Of a DNA stretch of 64,000 nt, positions 1 to 10,875 are shown piece by piece. This DNA is from Paramoeba atlantica (taxonomy: Eukaryota; Protista; Discosea). A model generated the notes under the pieces. The model searched no databases. It was not told where the DNA came from and saw only the letters and a program-made list of their open reading frames with translations. Numbering within the stretch: the stretch's first letter is position 1; each line of letters begins with the position of its first letter. The translations under genes and the position numbers were made by a program. The stretch is from contig CDRNVI010000065.1 in NCBI GenBank assembly GCA_977017575.1, positions 62,001 to 126,000 on the forward strand, given 5' to 3'.

Positions 1-386
1 CCCACCATGGGCCCGTTACATGTCGCACGACAAAAATATGAGCCGGAGGAGCCTTGTCCTACGAGCTCCGGGAGGATCCCTTTCTTCTCCATTGAACGTC
101 GAACATCTTTAATGTCGTCATGCAACTTGCGGAACGCCGCAGAGCGGAATTTGTACGGCACTATGCGAAGGCTTTCTTCTCTTATTTGCCCATCCGAACT
201 TACGAATTTCTTGTCTTTGTGTTTTGATGCCGGACTTCTTTTGAATTCTGAATCCGTGGTAATATCTTCGTCTTTCTTGCTACGCAAATCGGGCATTGGG
301 AGAAAATGCTGCGAATGTCCGAGGAGCTCTTGATACTTATGACATGAAGTTGTAAAAGAATCAGAAGGTAAAAGAAAGATCACCAT
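1..386 (-). CDS. Phosphatidylinositol 4-kinase type II (LSB6/PI4K2-like), N-terminal part; runs off the left edge
   Basis: Not in the ORF track. My minus-strand translation is open from ATG 386 (second ATG at 296) to the edge: ...MEKKGILPELVGQGSSGSYFCRATCNGPMVG, matching the PI4K-II P-loop region GxxPxLIxQGSSGSYF...VG(VFKP). Confidence 0.8.
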   Translation of the reverse strand, partial: MVIFLLPSDSFTTSCHKYQELLGHSQHFLPMPDLRSKKDEDITTDSEFKRSPASKHKDKKFVSSDGQIREESLRIVPYKFRSAAFRKLHDDIKDVRRSMEKKGILPELVGQGSSGSYFCRATCNGPMV

Positions 387-889
387 AAAAAATTTACAAA
401 CGATTCAGGGACCAAGACACTTAGCGTATAGAAAGTGGATACATTCTTCCCTGCTTAAAGTTAGCATACTCCTCAAAAAAATGGTCATATTTTTGTAATA
501 AAGAGTCGTTTAGAAGTTTCCGACTATAATTTTGTCAATCGGCCTTTCCTATAAGGTCAGGGTAATTGGGCCAGATGCCGCCTATCTTTTTGACACACAG
601 TTCCCTTTACTTACTTTGTACGTGCGATAAATGTGTACGTCGTCCGTGTTTTAGAAAATATCCCCAAGGAATGGGAAAAATGCACAACGCTTTTACAGGA
701 CACTATCCTGCTTTTTCTTGATAATCCGTGAGAATCCGTGAACTACGGAGAACTCCAGACATTTACCGGATAATGGAGCTGGGTTTTCGTAATCTTATGT
801 GCCACATTGATTTTCCCAGTGGAGTTAGTACCTGTGTTGCCATGCACCGTTTTCGGTAGATAATCACCCTGTAACGGAACTAATATTCC

Positions 890-1141
890 CTAAGGAAAGA
901 ACTTTACGCGAAGTACGATACTTCCATCCCAAACATAGCCATCCATATTTTTCACAGCTTCGATGGCGTCTTCTGGATCCTCATACGTCACTAACACGTA
1001 GCCCTTGGCAACTAAATGATTCTCCACACTGTCTGAATAGTAGAATCCAAACGTGCCAAAGAAATCGACTAGGTCGTCAAAAGAAGAAGCCAGAATAGGG
1101 TGTCGTTTTGATCCTCGAATTTTAATGGTCCCTGAAGACAT
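890..1141 (-). CDS. Small single-RRM protein (83 aa), eIF3g-RRM-like
   Basis: RNP1-like KGYVLVTY, followed by EDAIEAVKNMDGYVWDGSIVLRVKF, which resembles the eIF3g C-terminal RRM end (EDAxRAIxxLNGYGYDNLILRVEW). Confidence 0.65.
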   Translation of the reverse strand: MSSGTIKIRGSKRHPILASSFDDLVDFFGTFGFYYSDSVENHLVAKGYVLVTYEDPEDAIEAVKNMDGYVWDGSIVLRVKFFP

Positions 1142-1348
1142 GAGTTTTGACTAGAGCCTGTAAAGAAATATTTTTTTTAATCAATAACAAGAGCTTGTCG
1201 AGAAGTATTCACATACTTTATGTGTATGATGGCATAACTTAAATTAAAGTTCAGAGTCTAAACTACGGACGCACAACTTTTGCATGAAAAAGAATGTTTC
1301 AACAAGAGAAATACAACAATATGACAGCACCCAGAAAGTCCAGAGAAA

Positions 1349-3259
1349 TTAACTGTCTTGCCTATAGAAATTTGACACATCTTCCAAAGGCTTGCTTTGC
1401 AATAAGATGTCCCGATTTCGCTGTTTGACAAGCACATTCTCCGATTTGTGAAAGTCAACATTACGTCGCAAGCCGGATACCTTTAACTGCTTCTTGGAAG
1501 ACTTTCCTGTATGAGTTTTTTCCTCGATCGAAAGATTTTCGTCCGGTGTTTCAAACATGGATTCATGTAGTGCTGCACGACGTTGAGCTACGGCGTTCTT
1601 TGAGTCGGCGTCCAGAGCAAACAAATCCTTATCCTTTCGCTTTTTCATAGAGAACCTAGCGTCCTGACCCGATTTTGTATTAATACTGGAAAGCGCAGAT
1701 TCTTCGATGGTGTGGTTCTTCTCTCGGCGATGTTTCCGAGGCAGGGGATATGTAATCGGATCCTTCTTAAGTTGTTGACGTTGAGATTTCGTCAACTTAG
1801 ATACTTCTGACTTCAGTGAGGATGAATCTTTGTTCAGCACATTCGCCGTTGTCAAATGCTCAGAGATTTTCTCGCTGGGGCGAATGACGGCCTTCAAATC
1901 CCGAAGAAACTTTTCTTCTACAAAGTAGCCATGAGCAACGGCTCGAATCTGAGGTCGTGTGCCTTCTTGTGTTTGCTGCTCCACAGCTGCGCGCACAGCC
2001 TGCTCATCGAGTCCTAAAGACAGCCATTCTGAGCGGTTCAGAAAAGTGTAATCTTCATAGATAGTGACTTTGTCGTCAGAATCCAATTCCTCTGTGAGTG
2101 TGTCTAAGAACGAACACCACTTTGGAGCTCTACCCAAAGAGGGTACGAAACGGACATCGCCATGAGGTGCTTCGGTGGCACATAGAAGCAACCCACTACG
2201 TTCCTCCGCATTTGCAAACGGGGCTACCATATTATGCCCTGACCGAACGGAGAGAACGCTGCGTATCGTGTGCGGACACTCAAGGGATGTGAAATTTCCC
2301 CCATCATTCCGGTTCCAAATGCGAAGCGCGTAAGCATCGGCGCTAATAACGAAAGGCAGGTGACGTTGCGTTTCGTCTGGAGCAGAAAAAAACTCGACAT
2401 GGCTAATAGGGAGTGAAGAGTAATGATTCTTCGTAAGCAAAACGTGCGAGCTTCGCAAGTCGAACAGATGTACGTTTCCAGAACTGGTGCCTACGGCGAA
2501 GTGATACGGATTCTTTAGATCGCTGGCAAGCGCTGTAACCTCGATGCCATCTTCTGGTATCTGAACGCTACCAACAGAGGACATCAGAGACATACAGCTC
2601 GAAGAATTGGACGATCCTGTCGAAAGATCCGTCTTTTTGCTGCATTGAGATGAATAGCAGTATACTCTGTTATTTGCCCCTCCCGCTAAGTCTAGATTAT
2701 AATCTGGCACTGTTACAAGTGCATTGACTCCGTTCATTTCACCAGTTGCGTACGGAGCCATAAAGGAACCTGTAGTGAGGTTCAGCCTAGACACTTCTGA
2801 AGATGCACCTGCAAGCAAAAGTTCGCCATTTTGGTGATTAAAACCCAGCTGTCTTCCCTGCATTGGAAAGCGTACAGACGTCTCTATCCCACCTTGCGTA
2901 TGGAACTCCAGCCACCGTCCTTCAAGCATTAGAACGAACCTGGTGTAGTCATCACTAAGGGAAAGTCCGTCCAGAATGTGTTCCTTTGTGTGACGCGTGA
3001 ATTTAACACTTAGTTCATTCACGTCGAAACATTTTATTTGAGGAGGATACCCACCCGAAAGAAAGATGTATGTGCCGTTTCGCGTTTGCCATAATTTTTG
3101 ACATGTCGTTGGCATTTCAAAATCTTGCAGCAATTCAACGTGTCTGTAGTCATGATTCTTCTTCTGGGCATAAGGCTGTTGGTCCCGAAGCCAATGTGGA
3201 AAGGACTGACCACTTGAAAGATTGTAGGATGCTACATTGCTATGAATGCTGCGCTGCAT
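1349..3259 (-). CDS. NOL10: Nucleolar protein 10 / Enp2 (WD40, SSU processome)
   Basis: N-terminal HVELLQDFEMPT...GGYPPQIKCFDVNELSVKFTRH and FVPSLGRAPKWCSFLDTLTEEL...TIYEDYTFL are NOL10/Enp2 signatures. Start moved from TTG 3268 to ATG 3259. Confidence 0.9.
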   Translation of the reverse strand: MQRSIHSNVASYNLSSGQSFPHWLRDQQPYAQKKNHDYRHVELLQDFEMPTTCQKLWQTRNGTYIFLSGGYPPQIKCFDVNELSVKFTRHTKEHILDGLSLSDDYTRFVLMLEGRWLEFHTQGGIETSVRFPMQGRQLGFNHQNGELLLAGASSEVSRLNLTTGSFMAPYATGEMNGVNALVTVPDYNLDLAGGANNRVYCYSSQCSKKTDLSTGSSNSSSCMSLMSSVGSVQIPEDGIEVTALASDLKNPYHFAVGTSSGNVHLFDLRSSHVLLTKNHYSSLPISHVEFFSAPDETQRHLPFVISADAYALRIWNRNDGGNFTSLECPHTIRSVLSVRSGHNMVAPFANAEERSGLLLCATEAPHGDVRFVPSLGRAPKWCSFLDTLTEELDSDDKVTIYEDYTFLNRSEWLSLGLDEQAVRAAVEQQTQEGTRPQIRAVAHGYFVEEKFLRDLKAVIRPSEKISEHLTTANVLNKDSSSLKSEVSKLTKSQRQQLKKDPITYPLPRKHRREKNHTIEESALSSINTKSGQDARFSMKKRKDKDLFALDADSKNAVAQRRAALHESMFETPDENLSIEEKTHTGKSSKKQLKVSGLRRNVDFHKSENVLVKQRNRDILLQSKPLEDVSNFYRQDS

Positions 3260-3500
3260 GAATGACAATGTAAAACTATGACCTTAAACTAGATGTATTG
3301 TACATAAGACTTGTAACTCACAGTATTCTGAAAATGGCGCATTGTACCTAATTTATTCCCCAATATATTTTCTTTTCCGAATCCCAGTAACGTTGTCTCA
3401 AAGGTATCTCAAACGACCGTGAAAATAGAGTTGGACGAATCTAAAGTTTTGAAAGCATCCAACAAGAGGAAGTTGAACGATAAAACTTTGAGTACACATA

Positions 3501-3600
3501 CAGGGGGGTAAATCAGATGCTGGGGGGGTCTAAAAATTGCAAAACCTTTCCAATTTTGGAAAATGATAGCGTATTCGAGAGCTCTCGAAGAGTTCTATGT
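3501..3600 (+). mobile_element. Solo left TIR related to the Tc1-like element at 14899
   Basis: TA|CAGGGGGGTAAATCAGATGCTGGGGGGGTCTAAAAATTGC...CGTATTCGAGAGCTCTCGAAGAGTT aligns with the TIR at 14899-15002. No matching right TIR is visible nearby. Confidence 0.75.
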
Positions 3601-3894
3601 TTTAGAAAAGGCAGTTTCCCAGGGTATAGGGGTGTGTTCAACTGACAAGAAGCCCAAAAACGTCAAACTGCAAAAATTGTGAGAAAGGTTTTAGACGACT
3701 AATAATTACAACTTTCTCCTTTTTCTACTACTATGTCGAAACGCCGCGGCATGCTGTTTAAAGTGTTAATGAGCATGTCATGACCATCTGTTTTAATGTA
3801 ATCAACCACCCCCTCAATTCTCTTTAATTCTAAAACACGTAACTGTTTTAAAAAAATTTTTTTTTTTTAAAGATCCATGTTTAGGTACAAGAAT

Positions 3895-4380
3895 TTATGG
3901 ACGAACTGGTTTTCCTCGTTCTGCAGCAAATCCGGGACCATTTGGCCCCGCTGTTAAAAGTTGTGGTAACATACCTTTATTGTAGGCAAGTGCACCTTTT
4001 TTAAATTGCACTCTTCTCTCTTCCGCCTTCTTCCTCCATTTTTCTTTTTCTTCTAAAGCAAGTTTTGATTGCAGATTGGATTCGTCGACGTTAGCAGGTG
4101 ATATAATTTTTAATTGTATTATTTTAGGTGACAGGGTTTTGCGGCTCTCATCCCTACTTTGAAGAGATGCGATAAACAAATTCCAATCATTCTTAATCTT
4201 ACGACCCATTTCACGTTTGGAGGAAGTCGTTTCGGCGACATCTACGTCTTGTAATTTTTGAATGTTTGTGAGAAGATTGCCTAGCACTCCCAATGAATCA
4301 GATTCCTGTTGTGATGGGCGTTGCACACGAGGAAGAATGGATCGCGAAGGAACTGAATTCTTGGCAAATGAATTCGACAT
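3895..4380 (-). CDS. Hypothetical protein (161 aa, basic/coiled-coil)
   Basis: ATG-started ORF on the same strand as its neighbours with normal intergenic spacing; no motif recognised. Confidence 0.55.
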   Translation of the reverse strand: MSNSFAKNSVPSRSILPRVQRPSQQESDSLGVLGNLLTNIQKLQDVDVAETTSSKREMGRKIKNDWNLFIASLQSRDESRKTLSPKIIQLKIISPANVDESNLQSKLALEEKEKWRKKAEERRVQFKKGALAYNKGMLPQLLTAGPNGPGFAAERGKPVRP

Positions 4381-4521
4381 GTAAATTTACCACAACTAAG
4401 ATACTATAACCAAGGCATCTGTATCTGATTATTGAGCCATTCCTCAAGTATGTCACTTCATCTTGTAAGGAAAAACACTTTGCACTTAAAACATGCCAAT
4501 ACTGAAGTTAAATTTTAAAAA

Positions 4522-5118
4522 TTAAGGAACTTTAGATAAAAATGCAGCGAGAGCAGATAAAACGCTCATCTTCCAAATAGCACTCCACTGAAAACGCTTT
4601 AATATTTGTCGAGAAGAAGACAAGCTCTCTTTAGTTTGCTGAAGGTTGCACCCATATCTTTGACTGGATTTTTTGTCCGGTTTAAATACAGATGACTCAC
4701 GGAAATCTTCCTTTGTGTAGCGTGAATGCTCAAGAATAGAACTTTGCGCTGAATTTCTTCTAATCATTTTTTGAATGGTGTCTTTCTGCTTACCGACTGT
4801 GAGGAGCTGATGAATTTGAGCTGTTTGTAGTACTGATTTTTGTGCCCGCGTCGTACACAATTCCTTATTTTTTGCTCGGGAATAATTCTGTAGCTGCTCA
4901 AGTATGACTTCATATTTCTGTGAGACTCGTTTGCTCCAAACTATGTATGACACGAAAACTGTGATCACAGAGAACAAAGTCCCTGAAAGCAACGCCATTC
5001 GGGCGCCCTGCGTTTGTGCACTAAATTCTTGTGAAATAAGTTGAGACCCATCTTTTTTCCCTTTGGTATAATATTCCTTCTCGACTATATGAGTTGAAGC
5101 ACAGGAAGAGACATTCAT
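4522..5118 (-). CDS. Hypothetical membrane-anchored protein (198 aa)
   Basis: ATG ORF with a hydrophobic segment ALLSGTLFSVITVFVSYIVW and a hydrophobic C-terminus. Confidence 0.55.
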   Translation of the reverse strand: MNVSSCASTHIVEKEYYTKGKKDGSQLISQEFSAQTQGARMALLSGTLFSVITVFVSYIVWSKRVSQKYEVILEQLQNYSRAKNKELCTTRAQKSVLQTAQIHQLLTVGKQKDTIQKMIRRNSAQSSILEHSRYTKEDFRESSVFKPDKKSSQRYGCNLQQTKESLSSSRQILKRFQWSAIWKMSVLSALAAFLSKVP

Positions 5119-5354
5119 CGCTCTTCTTTCAGTAGATTTCTCTACTGATACCGGGACTCAGGAAAAATAAATTGTTAAAAAAGAAAACAAATTGCTAAAA
5201 TTGCTAAAACCTTCCGGAGAAAACAATTCGTTTTATCACAACTGTCATCATTCACTAAAGTGCAAAATAAAATTAGGATTGCGTATGTTCATAATGTATT
5301 CATCGTATATCATTAATTTACTAGCTTCGAAATTAAATGCGAAGCAGAAAAGCA

Positions 5355-5816
5355 TTACTTTAGCTGCTTTACTGATGTATCAGGCAGCAAAGAATTATTT
5401 TTTGATTTTCTAATCTTTCTCTGCCTTCTTCGAATTAGCTTTCCAAGCAACTTCTGTTTACGAACACGCCTCAAAATGGCTCTGGCAAGCATAGAACGTT
5501 GTCTGAGAAGGATCACGTAATGATCCTTCATGACTTCAAGCGCGTTCACTGCTGCAGACCTCTCTCCTATTGACTTTTGAGAAATATTATTTCTGCTCTC
5601 ATTTGCTTTTCGCAATTGAGCCTCTAAGATCCTTTCCCGATCCTGTAATCGAGTGACGCTACGCGTTGCTATTTGTTTTGATGTTTGTATATTTTCGGAA
5701 GAAGTAACAACTAATTTGTGAAAGATGCGTGATTGTCTAAAATATCGCGTATTCGTGTAATAGATAGGACCAAGAGCCAAATGCGCTTGAACGCTATTTG
5801 CATACCGGAATATCAT
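5355..5816 (-). CDS. Hypothetical basic coiled-coil protein (153 aa)
   Basis: ATG ORF, collinear with neighbours; Arg/Lys-rich helical C-terminal half. Confidence 0.5.
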   Translation of the reverse strand: MIFRYANSVQAHLALGPIYYTNTRYFRQSRIFHKLVVTSSENIQTSKQIATRSVTRLQDRERILEAQLRKANESRNNISQKSIGERSAAVNALEVMKDHYVILLRQRSMLARAILRRVRKQKLLGKLIRRRQRKIRKSKNNSLLPDTSVKQLK

Positions 5817-6002
5817 GGCACTATTCTAGAAGGTATCCAAAAGATGAGTGACTAACCGTTAAATACTAGATAAGAAAGATACCAAAGCTCAGAGTATAGA
5901 AGAACCTCGAGAGGTATGCGCGCGTACGTATTATATTTTATTCATTAAAGGAACAGAATTAAAGCATTTTACGATTTCCGCTCATACAACACATTACAAT
6001 TT

Positions 6003-7649
6003 TCAGTGATAAGCATTGTTGGGTGGGTAAGGTGGGTGAGGATACTGTACGGGATAATGTACATGAGGAGTGTAGTGGTGCGCAAAATTGGAAGGTGCTC
6101 TACCTCTAAAGCCCCACGTGTCTGAGGATGCATTTGCACTCCTTGAATCCCACGTTTCCTGAGGTGGAGTATTGCTCTGAATATTTTGCACATGAGGATC
6201 ATGAGCGTAGTTATGGATATATTGTGGCTGCTTGAACTGGCGTGGATTCCAATGTGGCTCGTAGTGAGGAACAGTGCTATGGTTCTGATAAGGATTGGGC
6301 GCGTGTTGCAAAAAAATTGTTGATGGGTATTGTGGGATTGCTTCGCTTGATAAACAATACCCATCGCCTCCTTGAAGCCTTGCCCCATCCGTTTTAGCTA
6401 TCTTAGGACGCGAATCATGAGTGGAAGAGTATATTTTAAAAGGTTGCTCCTTACAGTTACTTCTCCGCGTTTTGGAAAAGTTCTGTTGTCCTTGAGATTT
6501 CTCCTTACGTTCGTGTTCGGATGACTTCACTTCGTCATCTGTAAGAGCACTTTCTGGATCAGTCGTTGCAGACACATCGGAGTCTTCGGACTTCCCAACA
6601 GACTGTTCCTCACGCTCCTCTGGTGTGGCACACAACAGAGATTTGGCGCGTCGGCGTTTGGCGAGTCTTTTCCATTCTTTCTCTTTCTCATCATCCGAAA
6701 ATGCGGGTTGGACGTGATCAGGAAGCTCTTGGTCATTCTCATGCGACGCATCAGTTGCTTCAATTTTTCTTGCCACAGCAAGATCTTCTTCAGAACAAAT
6801 CATTTTTTGTTGTGCCGACCATGCAAAAGCCTCATCTCCAACATGTATTGTGCATCTGTAGATGTCGGATTCACACACTGCGTCAGCGGAATTTTCGTCT
6901 CGGGTGTTCAGGGTGAGTGTATCTCGTGGCTTTGGGAAGGAAATTAATTTTATTGCGTAATAACACTTCTCAACGGGACCGAATAATGTCGTAATGTATC
7001 CGAGTATATGGCCCTCAAAGTTGCAGACGAGACTCCCAATGTCAAATATGTCCCCGTTTCCATCACTTTCTACTGTCACGACCCCAGCGAGTAGATTTTT
7101 CACCACTCCTACGCGACGAGGTGTAAGGCTTATTACCGGAACTTTACCTTGGTCCATGTCTATCGGAAGCGGTTCAAAAGAAATCGCTTGATCAACGTCT
7201 TCCAATGCGGGAATCGCGCGGCTAACTGTTTTCGTAACGTGCACTGGTATGCTACAGAATGACAGATCAGTTGCCGCGGTACAACACGACGCAAGACCAA
7301 CGGAATTATCTGAACTAGCATTGGAATCGATATCATCTGGAGATTCGTCAAAGGAATCTGCTGAACTGTCATCCCCTCTTGGGAGGACGTTTGGTTCGAG
7401 TGTATCAGGAGAAGCGGGTGGTGATCTACTCTTTTCCTCTACATGTTTTGTATTCCAAGATCTGATCCGCGGTTTTCCGACTAAAACGTTTCCGCAGCTC
7501 GAGAGGGAAGAGAATGAATCCGCAGAGTCCGAGAAGACGTCTTGTGGATCTCTATGAGAACCCTCATCCAATTTGCGAAAATTCATCTGATAGCTCGCTT
7601 CTGCACCTGGAGGATGTGCATCAATGTCTTCTACAGAAGAAGAAACCAT
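6003..7649 (-). CDS. NAF1: H/ACA RNP assembly factor Naf1
   Basis: Gar1/Naf1 domain (IFDIGSLVC...LGYITTLFGPVEKCYYAIK), then the Naf1 motif TDASHENDQEL...FSDDEKEKEWKR and a Pro/His/Tyr-rich tail. Start moved to ATG 7649. Confidence 0.85.
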   Translation of the reverse strand: MVSSSVEDIDAHPPGAEASYQMNFRKLDEGSHRDPQDVFSDSADSFSSLSSCGNVLVGKPRIRSWNTKHVEEKSRSPPASPDTLEPNVLPRGDDSSADSFDESPDDIDSNASSDNSVGLASCCTAATDLSFCSIPVHVTKTVSRAIPALEDVDQAISFEPLPIDMDQGKVPVISLTPRRVGVVKNLLAGVVTVESDGNGDIFDIGSLVCNFEGHILGYITTLFGPVEKCYYAIKLISFPKPRDTLTLNTRDENSADAVCESDIYRCTIHVGDEAFAWSAQQKMICSEEDLAVARKIEATDASHENDQELPDHVQPAFSDDEKEKEWKRLAKRRRAKSLLCATPEEREEQSVGKSEDSDVSATTDPESALTDDEVKSSEHERKEKSQGQQNFSKTRRSNCKEQPFKIYSSTHDSRPKIAKTDGARLQGGDGYCLSSEAIPQYPSTIFLQHAPNPYQNHSTVPHYEPHWNPRQFKQPQYIHNYAHDPHVQNIQSNTPPQETWDSRSANASSDTWGFRGRAPSNFAHHYTPHVHYPVQYPHPPYPPNNAYH

Positions 7650-7861
7650 AGCAAAAAGATCGAAGATTTTTTTATTTACTCCGGTACTACAAGATGCAGA
7701 ATTTAAGTAAAGATCATACTTGCAAAGTACTTGCAAGAAGAATAAACAACAGTGATTACCGAAATTATTTATAAAGTTTACTCATTATCATAATTTATTT
7801 TTATAATTTATAAAAAATAAGAGCAATTCAAGAAAACACCAGTTAAACCTACTTCGAAGTA

Positions 7862-10312
7862 TTATGAGGAGCCTCGTTTTCTTAAAGCATCTATTTGTTT
7901 TTGACGATGTCGTAACGCTTTTGTGGTTGGAGCAATCAGCTTCGCCTTTCCCTGACGAGGCTCTTTGTATTCCTTACTTTCTGCAACGGATGACACATAA
8001 TAATGCTTTAAGCAAAATGCAGAGAAATTTCTTTCGCCGCTCAGAGTGAAGCGAAGTGCAACTGATAAACAATCATCAGTGCAGGAACCTTCGTGGAAGT
8101 GTGATCTGAAAAAGTTTCCCAATCGAATCCCACCATGGAGCAGTAAAGGACTCTTGGTGATTGACATGCTGGAACTGCGCTGATCTTCCAATTCCTTACC
8201 TGAGGCGTATTTTTTCTCAATGTTGAGTGACTCTCCAGGAGAAACGGATATCGGATCGCCATCTGGATCATACCTCACTTTCCATTGCGGAATACCAAGG
8301 CAGGCGGCATCGTTGTTGATTTCCTTCACCTCCGTCGGGCTTGAGCCAGCGGTCTGTATAGCAGATCTAATATCATTGGAGAACAATATCTTGTAGCCGT
8401 ACCCTTGATTAAGCAAGAATCGCTGCCTTTTACGGGAGAAAACGGCTTCTTTGGTATCGGGGGTAACCAGGGAGTAGAAGTAAGCCAACCGGGTATTGGA
8501 TTTGATGCGGAGTATGCGCCCCAATCTCTGTACTTCAGTTCTTTGTGAACCAAAATTTGAAGACAGCTGTATGATTACACTGGCCTCCGGAATATCCAGT
8601 GCAGCATCACCTACTCGGCTGAGAAAAAGTGTGTTCACAGTTTCGCTTGCCTTGAACCACTGTATAACACTGTCCCTCTCTATTTCCGAAGTTTCTCCAT
8701 GTAAAAACGGTCGCCCAAAAAGTTTTGCACAGTACTCCAGACATGGCACGCTATCCGAAAAGACAAGAGTTTTATCTGGGGGCTGTAAGTTTTCGTGATA
8801 CCGTAAAATTGTTTGGCAGCACCATATTTTTTCCGGATTCATATTACATAGTTTACGACGATCACTGTCACTTTCAGAGCGGAGGTAATAGGACATAAAT
8901 AACGATGGAAATCGACACAGTACCTCTACACACATTACTTCAGCAATATAACCCTTTCGCGTAAGTTCATGATTTGAGCATTCGTACAATTTCGGACCGA
9001 TCAAATAATTCAAATCATCAATTTTATCGTCTTCACGCAATAAAGTTGCCGTCAACCCAATCATGCAATGTGCTTTAACGAGATTTACCACATTTCGAAA
9101 GTTGTTTGCAGCAGCCATGTGTACTTCATCAAAAAGAACAAGTCCCCATGCATCCTGTAGCATGCTGGTAAGAATTATTTTCGTCGCTTCATTCCTTCGC
9201 GTGTCGTCGAAAGTAAGCATAGTGTATGTTGTAATCACCACATCAGCGGGAGCCTCGCGTGAAGTGGATGTTAATACGCTAATTTGCTCTGGTCTTAGAT
9301 AACTCCAACGCAGAAATTGATCCCTCCATTGCAAAACAGAAACTCGATTACAACATACAACAAGTGTCCGCTTCGAGATTCGGGAGGAAATGGCCACCCC
9401 AGTCAGCGATTTACCCGCACCACATGGAAGGACGATAAGGCCGCTACGAACTCGAGTGCCGGTGAAAACGGACTCCATCGCCTCGCGCTGATACGAACGA
9501 AGAACTGTGAGAGGTCTCAGAATAAAGTTCGCTATGTTCCGTGTGATGGAGTCGCTTATGAAATCATACAAATTCTCCAAAGCTAAATTATGCTGCCCGG
9601 TTATCACTTTTTTAGCTGCTCCTGCCTTTCCGTGAGTAACACCTAAGGAGAAGCCTGCCTTGAGTGTACCATCGTTTAACTGAATTGTGTCTTCTTGAGC
9701 TACAGAATCGAAATACGATGAGCTTGGTGAACCACTATCTAGCAGCATATTTAGCAAAGGTTCCGACGTTGATTCCAAAAAGTAGCAAACTTCCTTTTTT
9801 ATTTTACGGTTACTTTTAAAGAGCGTAGCTTGAGGCACAGAACTGCTCTCCTTTCTTTCAATTTTGGGGACACGTAGGACAAACTTTAGACTCGCAATAG
9901 ATCTTACACAATGATCCATAAAAACCAAAAATATATTTATTGAAGCGTGAGGAGCGCAAAAGGAATAACAATGTTCACGAAGCGCATTGAACGTCCAACC
10001 ATGAAGAATAGCCGAACTTATACTCTCTTGTGTAATCTGATATTCGTGAACAAAGCTGGTTCTTGATCTGGGCTCGGCAATGCTCAACAAAAATCCTTTG
10101 GCTTGCTCATAACGCTGATGAAATGTTTCTACGACAATAAAAAACAAGAAATTTTCTTGTGCAATATATTCTTTCGGAACTGCACTAAGTTCGACGTCGT
10201 CGTGAAACTCTTTTCCCTTTTCCGGGGCATATTGCATGAACAGTAGAAGAGGAGCTTCTGACTCTTGGTATCCTTCATTCAGATTAACCTCCCTGTCAGT
10301 GGTGTAGGTCAT
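7862..10312 (-). CDS. ERCC3: TFIIH helicase XPB (Ssl2/Rad25 family)
   Basis: LRSYQ, SGLIVLPCGAGKS (Walker A), FDEVH, GLTATLLREDDKIDDLNYLIGPKLYE and QRLGRILR motifs. First in-frame ATG is 10312; the frame is open to 10504. Which of the two kinetoplastid XPB paralogues it is cannot be told by eye. Confidence 0.92.
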   Translation of the reverse strand: MTYTTDREVNLNEGYQESEAPLLLFMQYAPEKGKEFHDDVELSAVPKEYIAQENFLFFIVVETFHQRYEQAKGFLLSIAEPRSRTSFVHEYQITQESISSAILHGWTFNALREHCYSFCAPHASINIFLVFMDHCVRSIASLKFVLRVPKIERKESSSVPQATLFKSNRKIKKEVCYFLESTSEPLLNMLLDSGSPSSSYFDSVAQEDTIQLNDGTLKAGFSLGVTHGKAGAAKKVITGQHNLALENLYDFISDSITRNIANFILRPLTVLRSYQREAMESVFTGTRVRSGLIVLPCGAGKSLTGVAISSRISKRTLVVCCNRVSVLQWRDQFLRWSYLRPEQISVLTSTSREAPADVVITTYTMLTFDDTRRNEATKIILTSMLQDAWGLVLFDEVHMAAANNFRNVVNLVKAHCMIGLTATLLREDDKIDDLNYLIGPKLYECSNHELTRKGYIAEVMCVEVLCRFPSLFMSYYLRSESDSDRRKLCNMNPEKIWCCQTILRYHENLQPPDKTLVFSDSVPCLEYCAKLFGRPFLHGETSEIERDSVIQWFKASETVNTLFLSRVGDAALDIPEASVIIQLSSNFGSQRTEVQRLGRILRIKSNTRLAYFYSLVTPDTKEAVFSRKRQRFLLNQGYGYKILFSNDIRSAIQTAGSSPTEVKEINNDAACLGIPQWKVRYDPDGDPISVSPGESLNIEKKYASGKELEDQRSSSMSITKSPLLLHGGIRLGNFFRSHFHEGSCTDDCLSVALRFTLSGERNFSAFCLKHYYVSSVAESKEYKEPRQGKAKLIAPTTKALRHRQKQIDALRKRGSS

Positions 10313-10875
10313 ACTTGTTCTTAATAAATTCGAATTACTCTTTTGGGATGCCGGAAGTGTGAGACCGGAGAATTCATCTTTCTTTTCACGAACTGGTTCA
10401 GATAAAAGGTTCGAAGTTTCGGTACTGCCTGTTCTGCCGAATTCTGACAGGGAAGCTGTGGACGCTTCCCTGCCGCGGGAATTGCTCTTTATTACAATCT
10501 TCACCTCACTCGAATAATACGTACCACCTTCAGACCCGGTCCATAAAAAGCGCTACCGAAAAATATATAAAAGGCAAGCTACTAATATGAAATTAATAGA
10601 ATATTCAAAGGATAAATTATTTACTTAATTTACAAGATTTCGAAATGTTGCTGAATATGAGTCAGAAAATCGAACGTGTGTACTAGTATACTCACTAGTG
10701 AACCAGACACGCGTATCCAGGTAGTATATCAAGTAGAAGATCGTGTACTATAGAAAACTAGTACCAGCAAAGTAGAATCGTTACGAACTACAGCCGAATT
10801 TCCCAACTGGCGAACACATTTGTCATGTTTGCCTCATATGCGTGCGATCAATCTAGCATTGCCTCTATAGTTGAG

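Noticed and set aside
7-333. 108-aa plus-strand ORF
   Set aside because: Antisense shadow of the PI4K-II frame; no motif.
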